A stretch of DNA of 64,000 nucleotides, taken from positions 53,970 to 117,969 of the forward strand of contig JAJFTK010000139.1 in NCBI GenBank assembly GCA_021372945.1, given 5' to 3'. How positions within the stretch are numbered: position 1 is the first letter of the stretch; every line of letters begins with the position of its first letter. A program made the translations under genes and the position numbers. Positions 35,528 through 50,233 of this stretch are shown piece by piece. The notes beneath the pieces were generated by a model. That model made no database searches, had not been told where the DNA came from, and saw nothing but the letters and a program-made list of their open reading frames with translations. Source of the stretch: Planctomycetaceae bacterium. GTDB lineage: Bacteria; Planctomycetota; Phycisphaerae; Sedimentisphaerales; Anaerohalosphaeraceae.

Positions 35528-36178
35528 CTATTCCGCACCTGCGTTCTTTGTCAGCCAATCGTACCATGCCTGCATTCCTTCGCCGGTAGAGGCAGAGATT
35601 TGAAGGATGACCGCATCAGGATTGACGGCGCGGATATCGGCCAGAACACGCTCGAGGTTGAAGTCGAGGTAATCCATCAGATCGATCTTATTGATCAGCA
35701 CAACATCGGCCTCGGCAAATGTGCCGGGGTACTTGACCGGCTTATCGTCGCCTTCGGGCACCGAAAGCACAACGACCCGCCTGTGCTCGCCAAGATCAAA
35801 CGCGGAAGGACAAACCAGGTTGCCGACGTTTTCAATGATGATCACTTTGGCGTCGGCGCTATTCAGCAGCGTGAGCGCATTTGCAACCTGTTCGGCCGAG
35901 AGATGGCAGGCGCCATGGGTTTCGATCTGCACGGCCTCTGCGCCGGCGGCCCGGATCTTTTGTGCGTCGGTATCGGTCTTGATGTCGCCTTCGATGACGG
36001 CGATATTGAGCTTGCCTTTCAGGGCACCGATGGTCCTGGCGATGACCGTGGTCTTGCCGGAGCCGGGCGATGAGATAAAGTTCAGACACAGGATCCCGCG
36101 CCGGCGAAAATACGCCTTGTTCTTTGCGGCAAAGTCGTCATTGCGGCTCAGGATCTTTTGATTCAGCGATACCTTCAT
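35528..36178 (-). CDS. hypB: hydrogenase nickel-incorporation GTPase HypB
   Basis: SSPGSGKTTVI P-loop, ACHLSAEQV, FIENVGNLVCP-like IIIENVGNLVCPSAFDLGE, LINKIDL. Start at MKVSLNQKIL (GAGGA RBS). Overlaps the hypA 3' end by 41 nt. Confidence 0.9.
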   Translation of the reverse strand: MKVSLNQKILSRNDDFAAKNKAYFRRRGILCLNFISSPGSGKTTVIARTIGALKGKLNIAVIEGDIKTDTDAQKIRAAGAEAVQIETHGACHLSAEQVANALTLLNSADAKVIIIENVGNLVCPSAFDLGEHRRVVVLSVPEGDDKPVKYPGTFAEADVVLINKIDLMDYLDFNLERVLADIRAVNPDAVILQISASTGEGMQAWYDWLTKNAGAE

Positions 36179-36521
36179 TGGGGTCCTCGAATTCAATGTC
36201 TTCCAGCAACAGCGGCGCATCCGGCTCAAACTCAAACTCCATGCTCTTGCAGGATGGGCACACGGGATCGTAAATGTCAAATTCAAAACTGATCCGGCAG
36301 GCCTTGCACGCGGCCCTCAGCGGGATATGCCGGATCTGCAGGTCCATGCCTTGTGCAACAGTCGATTCGGCGGCGGCCTCGAACGCGAACCGCATGACTT
36401 CATCATTCAATGCGTTGAACTGGCCGCACGAAACCACCGCCCTCACCGGGCGCGCATTCATTTTGGCGGCATAGTCGCAAATGGTCTGGAGGATGCTTTC
36501 CGCTACGGCCGTCTCATGCAT
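36138..36521 (-). CDS. hypA: hydrogenase maturation nickel metallochaperone HypA (with an acidic C-terminal extension)
   Basis: MHETAVAESIL N-terminus, Zn site CKAC...CPSC. ATG shares one base with the hypE stop (TGATG). Confidence 0.9.
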   Translation of the reverse strand: MHETAVAESILQTICDYAAKMNARPVRAVVSCGQFNALNDEVMRFAFEAAAESTVAQGMDLQIRHIPLRAACKACRISFEFDIYDPVCPSCKSMEFEFEPDAPLLLEDIEFEDPNEGIAESKDPEPQ

Positions 36522-37537
36522 CAGCAAATCCTCGGCAGCTCGCGGCCATAAGGCATCTGAACAATTCGCCGGCCTCCGATCTTCGTGACCAGCTCCACAA
36601 GCGGGTGGTCCGATCCCTTAAGGACTCGACCGATAACAGCGGCCCGCCGTCCCAGCGGGTGCGATCGCCACAATTCAATCGCCCTTGCCGCGGCATCGGG
36701 CGCGACAATCGCCACCACCTTGCCTTCGTTGGCGATATTCAGCAGGTCAAAGCCGAGCATGTCCGCGGCCGCCTGCACGGTCTTGTCCATGGGCAAGGCA
36801 GGCTCATCGATCTCAATGCCGACTCCTGCGGCGACAGCGATCTCGTTGAGCACCGCCGCCACGCCGCCGCGGGTCGGGTCACGCATGAACTTGACCGCGT
36901 TGCCCAGTGCATTGTACAGCCGGGAAGTCAACTCATGGAGGCAGGCGCAATCGCTTTTGAGCGGCGATTCAAATTTGAGACCTTCGCGCTGGGACATGAT
37001 CGTCATGCCGTGATCGCCAAGCGTGCCATTGATCAGGATCGCATCCCCTTCGGTAATGCGTTCAAAGCCCGGTACCGCCCCAGTGATTCGTGCGCCAATA
37101 CCCGCGGTATTGATGAACAGCCCATCGGCAAAGCCCTTTTCGACCACCTTGGTGTCGCCGGTGACAATACGCACATTGGCCCGCGAGGCGGTTTGGCCGA
37201 TGTTCTCCAATATCTTTTCGAGTTGGGCGATCTCGAAACCTTCTTCCAGGATCAGCGACAGGCTAAGCGCCAGCGGCTGCGCCCCCGAGACCGCCAGGTC
37301 ATTGACAGTGCCGCAGACGGACAGCTTGCCGATGTCGCCGCCGTTGAAGAATAAGGGCTTGACCACAAAGCTGTCAGTTGTGAAACACAGTTTGCCGGCG
37401 GGCACATCGATCGTTGCCGCATCGGTCAACTGCACGGACCGGCCGCCGCACTTCGGTACAATGGTACGGCTGATGAGGTCTGCCATCAGTCTTCCGCCGC
37501 CGCCATGCGCCAGCATGATTGTCTTATTCTCATCCAT
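36521..37537 (-). CDS. hypE: hydrogenase expression/formation protein HypE
   Basis: 338 aa. LAHGGGGRLM, a PurM-like fold and the C-terminal PRIC motif. Confidence 0.93.
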   Translation of the reverse strand: MDENKTIMLAHGGGGRLMADLISRTIVPKCGGRSVQLTDAATIDVPAGKLCFTTDSFVVKPLFFNGGDIGKLSVCGTVNDLAVSGAQPLALSLSLILEEGFEIAQLEKILENIGQTASRANVRIVTGDTKVVEKGFADGLFINTAGIGARITGAVPGFERITEGDAILINGTLGDHGMTIMSQREGLKFESPLKSDCACLHELTSRLYNALGNAVKFMRDPTRGGVAAVLNEIAVAAGVGIEIDEPALPMDKTVQAAADMLGFDLLNIANEGKVVAIVAPDAAARAIELWRSHPLGRRAAVIGRVLKGSDHPLVELVTKIGGRRIVQMPYGRELPRIC

Positions 37538-37561
37538 GTTTAGTTTTTTAGAATTCAGGAT

Positions 37562-38632
37562 TTAGTGCTTTCCGTATTTGTACCATGCCGAGCAGGCGCC
37601 TTCCGTGCTGACCATGCACGGGCCGATGGGCGAATCCGGCGTGCATTTTCGAGCAAAAAGCGGGCACTGCGGCGGATCGATCAGCCCGCACAATACACGG
37701 CCGCATTGACAGCCGCCCAGTTCTTCGGCCGGGATTTCGGAAATGCCGAATCGGTGCAGGGCGTCAAACCGCTGATACCGCGGCCTGAGCCTGAGTGACC
37801 CGCCGGGGATGAAGCCCAACCCGCGCCACGGTCCATCGTAGGGTTCGAACATGTTATCGATGATGGCCTGCGCGGTCCTGTTGCCCTGCGGCGTAACCGC
37901 TGCGCCGTAAACGGATTCAACCTCGCCGCGGCCCTCGGCCATCTGTTTGCAGATCGCTGCGATGCCTTCCATGATCTGCACGGCCTCAAAACCGGCCACG
38001 ACACAAGGTTTATGAAATCTCTCGGCAACCGGTTTGTAGGCGTCCGAGCCCAATATCACGCTGACATGGCCGGGGCACATGAACGCATCGATCTTATCGT
38101 TCTTGGCGCCCAAGAGGGCCTGCATCGCCGGAACCACGAGCTTGTGGCCGCTTAAAATGCAGAAATTGTGAAGATTCGAGCTTGCGGCATCTGCGACGGC
38201 GACCGCCGATGCCGGCGTGGTCGTTTCGAAACCGACCGCGGCGAAAACGACAGTTTTATCCGGGTGCTTTTGCGCAAGCGCCAGCGCATCATCGGTACTG
38301 AGGACGACTTTAATCTCCGGCTTGTGCAAGCGCTCCAGTGTGCCCGCCCGTCCCGGCACGCGCATCATATCCCCATAGGTCGCCAGGATCACGTCGTCGC
38401 GTCCGGCCAGTTCCAGCACGATATCAATGTAGCCCTGATCCGTCACGCAAACGGGACAGCCGGGACCGGAGAGCAGTTTGATCTGCGGGGGCAAGAGGCT
38501 TCGAATGCCGTGGCGGAAGATCGCAACCGTATGCGTGCCGCACACCTCCATGATCTGAATGGGCCGATCCATCCTGGTGCAGGCCTGTTGAATGGTTTGT
38601 TTGGCTTGTTCGACTCGTTCCAGCATGTTCAT
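37562..38632 (-). CDS. hypD: hydrogenase formation protein HypD
   Basis: 356 aa. MEVCGTHT, GPGCPVCVT, FETT, and C-terminal Cys motifs (CQCG, CPLF). Confidence 0.93.
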   Translation of the reverse strand: MNMLERVEQAKQTIQQACTRMDRPIQIMEVCGTHTVAIFRHGIRSLLPPQIKLLSGPGCPVCVTDQGYIDIVLELAGRDDVILATYGDMMRVPGRAGTLERLHKPEIKVVLSTDDALALAQKHPDKTVVFAAVGFETTTPASAVAVADAASSNLHNFCILSGHKLVVPAMQALLGAKNDKIDAFMCPGHVSVILGSDAYKPVAERFHKPCVVAGFEAVQIMEGIAAICKQMAEGRGEVESVYGAAVTPQGNRTAQAIIDNMFEPYDGPWRGLGFIPGGSLRLRPRYQRFDALHRFGISEIPAEELGGCQCGRVLCGLIDPPQCPLFARKCTPDSPIGPCMVSTEGACSAWYKYGKH

Positions 38633-38886
38633 TCCTCCTTATCCGCCTGCTCGGCCGCGATCCGCTTTTCCTCGAATTGCGCGATCTCCTCGAACAGTTC
38701 CCACGTCCTGCGGGCCTCCTCTTCATCCACTTTAGCGATGGCGTACCCGGCATGGACCAATACCACGTCGCCGACCTCGATCTCGGGCGTGAGCGTGATG
38801 CGTATATTCCAGCGATTGCCCATCGCGTCGGCAACGGCTCTATCGCCTTCCTTTTCTACAATTCGTGCAGGTACGGCTAAACACAT
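38629..38886 (-). CDS. hypC: hydrogenase assembly chaperone HypC/HupF
   Basis: Starts MCLAVPARIV (the canonical HypC N-terminal Cys2). The ORF-track start at 38913 adds 9 residues and is rejected. Confidence 0.9.
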   Translation of the reverse strand: MCLAVPARIVEKEGDRAVADAMGNRWNIRITLTPEIEVGDVVLVHAGYAIAKVDEEEARRTWELFEEIAQFEEKRIAAEQADKEE

Positions 38887-38887
38887 A

Positions 38888-41194
38888 TCAATCCTCACGT
38901 AAACTCTTTTCACACAGGGCGGCCGCTATGGCCGCCTGGCCCAGACTGATTCCGCCGTCATTGACGGGCACCGCTTTTTTCCATAATACCGCAAAGCCCT
39001 CATCCTGCAACAATCTTATCATACGCTCGGCCAGGTATCGGTTGCAGAAGACCCCGCCGGACAGGGCCGCTTCGTTGATGCCCCCGCGCTGGCGGGCGGC
39101 CTTTGCCAGTTCCAGCAGGCCGGACGCCACCGAATTGTGAAACTTCGCCGCCATTACGGGCGCGGCCGTCTTCTTTTGAAGGTCATCCAGCAGGCCCATG
39201 AGAATCGGCCGAAAACACCATTGTAGTGCGCCCTCCGATTCGACCAGTTCGACCGGATGAGCCTCGTTGACTCCTTTGGCGGCAATTGATTCCAGGGCGA
39301 TCGGCAGCTCGGCCTCAAAGCGATTACTGGCGCCTACCCCGATCAATGCCGCAGCGGCATCGAATAACCGTCCCAGGCTTGAGGTTTGGACGGTATTCAG
39401 TCCTTTTTCGATCTGCGTACAAATCAGGTCGAGTTTATTAGCATCCGGCTCGATCGCTGTCAGAATACCCGTAGAACGGTCGATATCTTCAGGACTTAGA
39501 AGCCCTAAAAGCGGACGGATCGCCTCTTTTGAAGCCTTGTCGCCGCCGGCGAGCGGATAATACTGCAAGTGTCCGACACGCTCGAATTCGGTCAGCGATG
39601 CGATCAGGCACTCGCACCCCCAGATGGCCCCGTCCGTTCCGTAACCCGTGCCATCGGCGATCAGGGCAATGATCGGGCCGTCTTTTCCGGCGTCAGCCAG
39701 CACCGAAGCGGCGTGGGCCCAATGATGCTGGATAGGAACGAGCCTGACATCCTTCATCTGCGCGGCAAAGTACGTCGAAAGATAGCCTGGATGCAAATCG
39801 CAGGCGACGATTTGCGGCCTGACCTGGAAAAGCTCCGCCAAATGCGCCACCGAGCGTACGTAGTGCTGGTAAACACGGCTGTCCGCGAGGTCGCCGATGT
39901 GCTCGCTGACAATGAACTGGTCGTCTTTGACAAAGCAGAATGTGTTTTTCAGATCGGGTCCTGCCGCGAAGATCTCTCGTTTCGCGGGCCGAGCACGATA
40001 GATCGGGCTGGGAACATATCCGCGCGCACGGCGCAGGAACGAAGGGCGGCCGCTCACCACGTGCATGACCGAGTCATCCAGTTGACGATAGATTTGCCGG
40101 TTGTGCATCAGAAAGACGTCGGCGACAATATCCAGTTCTTCCAGGGCCTGTTCGTTATCGCAAATGAGCGGTTCGTCGGCAAGATTGGCACTGGTCATGA
40201 CCAGAACATCGATGCCCGGCTCCGAAAACAGCAAGTGGTGCAGCGGCGCATAAGGCAGCATGAAACCGAACCGGTTGGTGCCAAACGCAACCAGGGGCGC
40301 AATCGCGTTTGTTTCTTTCTTATCCAGAAGGACGATCGGACTTGCGGCGCTGGTCAGCAGCCGTTCTTCTTCGGCGCCGACGACACTGTGTTTGCGTATC
40401 TCCTCCAGCGTTGCCGCCATCATCGCGAACGGTTTGGCGTCGCGGTGTTTCCTCTGGCGCAGCCGCCGAACCGCCGCATCGTCTGTCGCATCGACCGCCA
40501 GGTGAAAACCGCCGATCCCTTTGATTGCCGCGATCTTGCCGTCTCGCAGCAGCTTTGCGCAAACCGCCAGGACACGGTCGGTTTCGGTTTCCAGAACGCG
40601 GCCGGCCGCATCCAGCAAAGTGATTTGCGGCCCGCACGCCGGACAGGCCACCGGCTGGGCGTGAAAGCGCCGGTCCTCTACGTCGCGGTATTGGCCCTGG
40701 CATTTGACGCACATCGCAAAGTCAGCCATGGTGGTGTTGGGACGGTCATACGGGATGGATTTGATAATCGAATAGCGCGGCCCGCAGCGGGTGCAATTGA
40801 TGAATGGATAGTGATAGCGAAAATCCGCCGGCTCGAACAATTCGCGCAGGCAATCGCCGCAGGTCGCAGCATCGGCCGTCACTTGCGAAACCGGGTCGCC
40901 GGCCGCATCGCTGGAGGCGATCATAAACGCCGATTCACCCGGCTTGACAGGCTTTTTCTCGGACGCAAGCTCAACGATATCGAGCAGCGCCGGATAGCCG
41001 TCGAGCGAACGATCCCGCAGTTCGTCAACGAAGGCGGCCACAGCGGCGCTTGGGCCTTGGATTTCGATCAGCACGCCCCGGACATCGTTACGAACCTGGC
41101 CGGTCAGCCGGTGGGTGTGTGCCAAGCGGTAAATGAACGGACGGCATCCGACCCCCTGGACACGCCCGCGTAATGTCAGTTGAACACGTTTCAA
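38888..41194 (-). CDS. hypF: carbamoyltransferase HypF
   Basis: 768 aa. Acylphosphatase domain (GRVQGVGCRPFIYRLA), two zinc-finger CxxC pairs (CGDC...CTRCGPRY, CVKC...CPACGP), YrdC-like and Kae1-like domains. TTG start. Confidence 0.93.
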   Translation of the reverse strand: MKRVQLTLRGRVQGVGCRPFIYRLAHTHRLTGQVRNDVRGVLIEIQGPSAAVAAFVDELRDRSLDGYPALLDIVELASEKKPVKPGESAFMIASSDAAGDPVSQVTADAATCGDCLRELFEPADFRYHYPFINCTRCGPRYSIIKSIPYDRPNTTMADFAMCVKCQGQYRDVEDRRFHAQPVACPACGPQITLLDAAGRVLETETDRVLAVCAKLLRDGKIAAIKGIGGFHLAVDATDDAAVRRLRQRKHRDAKPFAMMAATLEEIRKHSVVGAEEERLLTSAASPIVLLDKKETNAIAPLVAFGTNRFGFMLPYAPLHHLLFSEPGIDVLVMTSANLADEPLICDNEQALEELDIVADVFLMHNRQIYRQLDDSVMHVVSGRPSFLRRARGYVPSPIYRARPAKREIFAAGPDLKNTFCFVKDDQFIVSEHIGDLADSRVYQHYVRSVAHLAELFQVRPQIVACDLHPGYLSTYFAAQMKDVRLVPIQHHWAHAASVLADAGKDGPIIALIADGTGYGTDGAIWGCECLIASLTEFERVGHLQYYPLAGGDKASKEAIRPLLGLLSPEDIDRSTGILTAIEPDANKLDLICTQIEKGLNTVQTSSLGRLFDAAAALIGVGASNRFEAELPIALESIAAKGVNEAHPVELVESEGALQWCFRPILMGLLDDLQKKTAAPVMAAKFHNSVASGLLELAKAARQRGGINEAALSGGVFCNRYLAERMIRLLQDEGFAVLWKKAVPVNDGGISLGQAAIAAALCEKSLRED

Positions 41195-41308
41195 ATAGTC
41201 GCTCTGCTCGATCGATTTGGAGCGGTCACTATAACAGAAATGCCCGGCACAAGATAGTCAGAAAATCTCCGACGCGGATTTGAAATTGAGGGACAGGCAA
41301 GCGGCGGA

Positions 41309-43273
41309 TCAGTCAAATAAATGAGCTTGCGCAGCTTGGGCCTGCTCGGCCAACGTGGATTTCTTGACCCGTACGGGGACACCCTGCCTGGACGCGATGC
41401 GAATCGGAACCGCTTCAGAGCTGCCCTTTTCCCCTGCGTGGGCTTTACGCACATTGAAGACCTTTCGAATCGCGGAAAGGATAACCTCGGGCGGTTCGCA
41501 TTTGGCCGTGTAGGCCGATGCGCCCGCATGCAGCATGGCGGCCGCCCGCTCGGCTTCGTCGAACATGGACAATCCGATAATGCGAATCTGCGGCAGTTCG
41601 TTATGAATGATCCGCGTGGCATCCAGCCCGTTCATACGCGGCATGCTGAAATCCATCAGGATCACATCGGGCAAAAGATGCCGCGATTTCTCGATCGCCT
41701 CGGCGCCATTTTCGGCTTCGCCCACGATCTCGATGTCCGTCTCCTGGCGCAGCATCGAAGCAAGTCCCCGCCGCATGACGTTATGATCATCTACCAGCAG
41801 CAGCCGTATTTTTCGCTCCGCGGCGGCAGAGGCGTCCTGATCCGCATCAGCCTGATCCCGTTTCTCCATCCGCATTCCCCTCAGCGCGGCCCTGGGGATC
41901 GTCAGCCTGAACGTTGAGCCGCCGCCAGGTTTGCTGTCGATCGTGAAATTTCCGCCGAGCATGCTGAGCCGTTCCCGGATACTGAACAGGCCAAATCCCC
42001 CGGAGCATCCCGCGGTCCTTGACCAAACACGCTCAGGGTCGAAGCCGCGTCCCTTATCGCTGACCGTCAGCAAAAGATCCTGCTCGGGGTTATAGTGCAT
42101 CGAGATCGAGGCCGACTTCACGCCTGAATGCTTGACGCTATTGAATAACAGTTCGCGGACGGATTGAAAGCATAGGATGCTCACATCATCGCGTTTAAGC
42201 TCAACCTCAGGCGAAATGTCCATTTTCACTTCGAAGCCATATTTGTTCTGCATTCGCCGACCGAGCCACTGCAATCCGGCTGGAAGCCCCGCCTCGTGCA
42301 GGATTGGCGGCGATAGTTCCACGGTAAGATTCCGCGATTCGCGAATGGATTCTTCGATAAGACCGGATACATCGGCGATGATGGTCTGAAGCTCGTTTTC
42401 CTCGACCTTGCGCGCCAGTACGCTCAGTTCCAGCTTGGCGGCCACGAGGATTTGCTGCAAATGATCATGCAGGACATGCGCCAGGCGATGACGCTCCTGT
42501 TCTTCAGCAAGGGTGATCTCGCAGGCCAAACGCGACAACTGGTCAGCGCGGTTGTGCAATTCCAGGTTCTGGGCGTCCAGCTCGGCGGTTCGCCGTCGGA
42601 CACGGTCTTCCATTTGGTTGTATGAGATCTGCAGCTTTTCTTCCACCTGCTTGCGCTCGATCAAATCGGCCGCCATGCGGGCCAGCACGTCTAGGAATCG
42701 CTTTTCGTGTTCGGTCGGATAATGCGGAGCGGAGAAATGATTGTTCAGCATGCCCAACACGCGGCCTTCACGGCTGATCAGGGGCGAGCACTGGACCGCA
42801 CGGATGCCTTCTTCCAGGATCACCCCAAGTTCGGGGTTCTCGGAAATCGGGAACTTGCTGATGTCTTCAAGAACGACACGCGATTTGGTGAGTTTGGCCT
42901 CTTCACAAGAGCCGGCAAATCCCTTCTCTGCAAAGTATTCGATAAACTTCGGGCTAAGGCCCTGGTGAATTACAATGCGCAAGTGGTTTGTGCTCGGATC
43001 GAGGAACTGAATACTGCCTTTGTCGGTTTTGGAGATCTCCGCCGCGGCGGCCAGGATCTCTTTGAGAAGCGCATGAAGATTACCGGCCTGGATGAGGCGC
43101 GTGCTCAACTCACCAAGCCGGGTGACCGCAGCCAAAGTGGCTTCATGGTATCCATCCTGGCAGAGGCACACTGACTCACTTGCCTGTTCCATTTCATCCC
43201 AATGTAATAACGGCTCAATGATTGCAACACTACTTGAAGAGCCGATATTAGAGCGCGCAAGAGATTGCGACAA
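41309..43273 (-). CDS. hybrid sensor histidine kinase (GAF, HisKA_3, HATPase, C-terminal receiver)
   Basis: GAF-like N-half, H-box RLAHVLHDHLQQIL (NarX/HisKA_3 type), ATPase motifs (LFNSVKHSG, DKGRGFD, GGFGLFSIRERL), receiver IRLLLVDDHNVMR...ILMDFSMPRMNG. The start (TTG 43273 or ATG 43192) is uncertain. Confidence 0.85.
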   Translation of the reverse strand: MSQSLARSNIGSSSSVAIIEPLLHWDEMEQASESVCLCQDGYHEATLAAVTRLGELSTRLIQAGNLHALLKEILAAAAEISKTDKGSIQFLDPSTNHLRIVIHQGLSPKFIEYFAEKGFAGSCEEAKLTKSRVVLEDISKFPISENPELGVILEEGIRAVQCSPLISREGRVLGMLNNHFSAPHYPTEHEKRFLDVLARMAADLIERKQVEEKLQISYNQMEDRVRRRTAELDAQNLELHNRADQLSRLACEITLAEEQERHRLAHVLHDHLQQILVAAKLELSVLARKVEENELQTIIADVSGLIEESIRESRNLTVELSPPILHEAGLPAGLQWLGRRMQNKYGFEVKMDISPEVELKRDDVSILCFQSVRELLFNSVKHSGVKSASISMHYNPEQDLLLTVSDKGRGFDPERVWSRTAGCSGGFGLFSIRERLSMLGGNFTIDSKPGGGSTFRLTIPRAALRGMRMEKRDQADADQDASAAAERKIRLLLVDDHNVMRRGLASMLRQETDIEIVGEAENGAEAIEKSRHLLPDVILMDFSMPRMNGLDATRIIHNELPQIRIIGLSMFDEAERAAAMLHAGASAYTAKCEPPEVILSAIRKVFNVRKAHAGEKGSSEAVPIRIASRQGVPVRVKKSTLAEQAQAAQAHLFD

Positions 43274-43334
43274 TAAGGAATTTACCTATTTTTCCAGACA
43301 TTTCGTCCTAAATGCGGAGATCGCTAAAAGATAA

Positions 43335-47630
<4,296 letters not shown>

Positions 47631-47732
47631 AATCTCTCCTTTTGAAGACCGGTTGATTATACTATTAAAAGACAGAAAAAAGCAAATTAAAAGCTGTAAT
47701 TGTGCCGACAGATACACCTGCTTCGCCGACAG

Positions 47733-48638
47733 TCAGGAACATTTTAGAGTGATGAGGGAGATCTCGGGGGGGCAGTTGAATCGAGCGGCCACGCCGGAGG
47801 CTCCTGCGCCGCGGCTGGTGTAACCGGTCATGCCCTTGTAGGTCCAAACCCCTTTGATGCAGCGGCGAGGGGCATCGGCCGAATAGACAGGCGCAAAGCC
47901 GTTGGGCAGACAGATCTGTCCGCCATGCGTGTGACCGCAAAGACAAAGCGCCAATCCCTTGCGGGCCGCCGGTTCATTCAACTCCGGCGAATGAGACAGC
48001 AGGATCTTGCAGGCGCCTTCGGGCACGCCTTTGAGTGCCTCATTGAGATCGGCCGCCTTGAAATAATGCGTATCATCCACGCCGATAAACCAGAGTTTTT
48101 CTCCCGCGCGTTCAAACGCAATGTGATCGTTGAGCAGCAGTTTGGCGCCGGCGTTCTCGAGGATCGGCGCAAGCTGCGAATAATCGTGATTGCCGAAAAT
48201 TGCATAGACAGGCGTTTTGGCGGCCAGCGTCGAAGCGGTTTTCCGGGCCGCCCTTGCGGCGTCGTCGGTCATGTAATGATTGAAGCACCAGTCGCCGCCG
48301 AGCACGCAAAGATCGTACTCCAGCGACGCCGCAAGCGCCAATACATGATCGATCAGACCCTCGATGCAGTCAGCGTGCAGGTCGGAAATCCAAAGGATGC
48401 GAAAGCCATCAAAGGCACGCGGAAGATGCGACAGGACGATTTGCGGCCGCTCGATGCGCGTATCGAAGAGGTTCTTCAGGCCGCGCTGATATACGCCAGC
48501 AAGCCTCAGCAGCCAGCCGGCTGATTCCTCCAGCCAGGGCATGTTTTCCCAATGTGCCCACCAGAAAAAGCCCCGCCGAACCTTGTGCTGGTGCCGCTCT
48601 TTCTCGATCCGTTGCCGCTGAACCGGAATCGGTTTCAT
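47733..48638 (-). CDS. metallophosphoesterase (YkuE/YaeI-like)
   Basis: ILWISDLHAD, VLGGDW, IFGNHDY, GHTHGGQ. Confidence 0.88.
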   Translation of the reverse strand: MKPIPVQRQRIEKERHQHKVRRGFFWWAHWENMPWLEESAGWLLRLAGVYQRGLKNLFDTRIERPQIVLSHLPRAFDGFRILWISDLHADCIEGLIDHVLALAASLEYDLCVLGGDWCFNHYMTDDAARAARKTASTLAAKTPVYAIFGNHDYSQLAPILENAGAKLLLNDHIAFERAGEKLWFIGVDDTHYFKAADLNEALKGVPEGACKILLSHSPELNEPAARKGLALCLCGHTHGGQICLPNGFAPVYSADAPRRCIKGVWTYKGMTGYTSRGAGASGVAARFNCPPEISLITLKCS

Positions 48639-48741
48639 CCGTATTTCCTGATGTTGCTCTATGTCTGTGTTTAGGGTTTCGTGCCGCCTGCGTCAAAAAG
48701 CAAGTGCATTTTACGCGAAAGTCATTATACTGATGGGCCTT

Positions 48742-50124
48742 ATGAATTGTAGAAAAATCCATATAAAAAGCTTCGGCTGCCAGATGAACAAGCTGGATTC
48801 TGCACTGGTCAGTTCGGCCCTGGCTCAGCAGGGGTACGAACTGACCGACAAGGCAACCGATGCGGATGTGATCATCATCAATACATGCTCGGTTCGCGAG
48901 CATGCCGAGGACCGCGTATTTTCGAATCTCGGACACATCAAGCATTTGAAAAAGGACCGGCCGCAATTGCTGGTCGCGGTCATCGGCTGCATGGCCCAGC
49001 GGCTTGGCGAAGAGCTGCTGTCGCATGACAGTGTCGATATCGTCGCCGGCCCCACACAGATCGACGAGATCCCGGCCCTGATCACCAGGGCGCTGGCCGA
49101 GCACCAGAAGCAATTGTCCGTCACCGATGAAATCCGCCGACAGCCGCCGGATGAACGCGAATCGGAGTTGGATGATTTCGAAGTCGCGTACGATTCGGAT
49201 AAGCATCATCTCAAGTCACAGGCCTTCATCCGCGTGATGCGCGGCTGCAACAATTTCTGCTCATACTGCATTGTACCGTATGTGCGCGGACCCGAGGTTT
49301 CGCGGCCCCCCGCCGTCATCTTCGAACAGGCCCGTCGCCTGGCAGAACAAGGCATCCGGCAGATCACGCTGCTGGGGCAGACGGTGAATTCATATCGGTA
49401 CAAGGGCGCCCGCATCTATACGCTGGCCGACCTGCTCGAACAGATCAGCGAGATCGAGGGCTTACACTGGATTCGGTTCATCACAAGCCATCCGGGCAAA
49501 TTCGAAGAATCCATCCTCAACGCGATGGCAACCCTTCCAAAGGTCTGCCCATATCTGCATATCCCCGCGCAGAGCGGCTCGAACAAGATTCTCAAGGCGA
49601 TGAACCGCGGCTACACTGCCGAGCAGTATATTGAACTCATGGACAAGGCGCGTGCGATCGTGCCGGATCTCGCGATCGCGGGTGACTTTATCGTAGGCTT
49701 TCCGGGCGAAACAGACGAGGACTTCCAGGCAACGGAGCACATGATCCGGCGGGTTCGCTACAAAAACTGTTTTATCTTCAAGTACTCGCCGCGGCCGGGG
49801 ACGCGGGCTGAGCAGAAGCTGGCCGATGATGTGCCCGCGGAGGTTAAGCAGCAGCGCAACGTTCGCTTGCTGGAGGTCGTCAACCAGATCGCCGAAGCAA
49901 ACAACAGAGTCTTCGAAGGCCGCACCCTCGAGGTGCTGGTCGAGGGACCGAGCAAGAAGGCGCATCTAAACAAGGCGGAACACCTGAATGAGCCACAGTT
50001 GATCGGCCGAACGGCGCATGACTACATCGTTGTATTCAATGGTCCCGAATCACTCACCGGCCAGTTCGTCAACGTGCGGATCGTCAAGACCTCGGCGCTG
50101 ACACTTTTTGGCGAACTTGCGTAA
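48742..50124 (+). CDS. miaB: tRNA (N6-isopentenyl-A37) methylthiotransferase MiaB
   Basis: IHIKSFGCQMN, TCSVRE, radical-SAM CNNFCSYC, and a C-terminal TRAM domain. Start at 48742 (or 48733); the ORF-track start at 48661 is rejected. Confidence 0.92.
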   Translation: MNCRKIHIKSFGCQMNKLDSALVSSALAQQGYELTDKATDADVIIINTCSVREHAEDRVFSNLGHIKHLKKDRPQLLVAVIGCMAQRLGEELLSHDSVDIVAGPTQIDEIPALITRALAEHQKQLSVTDEIRRQPPDERESELDDFEVAYDSDKHHLKSQAFIRVMRGCNNFCSYCIVPYVRGPEVSRPPAVIFEQARRLAEQGIRQITLLGQTVNSYRYKGARIYTLADLLEQISEIEGLHWIRFITSHPGKFEESILNAMATLPKVCPYLHIPAQSGSNKILKAMNRGYTAEQYIELMDKARAIVPDLAIAGDFIVGFPGETDEDFQATEHMIRRVRYKNCFIFKYSPRPGTRAEQKLADDVPAEVKQQRNVRLLEVVNQIAEANNRVFEGRTLEVLVEGPSKKAHLNKAEHLNEPQLIGRTAHDYIVVFNGPESLTGQFVNVRIVKTSALTLFGELA

Positions 50125-50233
50125 GTTTGCCAGGAGTAAAAAGCTCTCCACTGACAACGGCAAGTCCATCGCAAGCGAGAAGGGACAAAAAACTCTCAGG
50201 GGGAGTCCGGCGCAGCCGGGAGGGGGTATCTTC

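Noticed and set aside
39569-41173. 534-aa plus-strand ORF
   Set aside because: It is antisense to hypF, which has unambiguous acylphosphatase, zinc-finger and Kae1-like motifs. The composition is that of a shadow frame.
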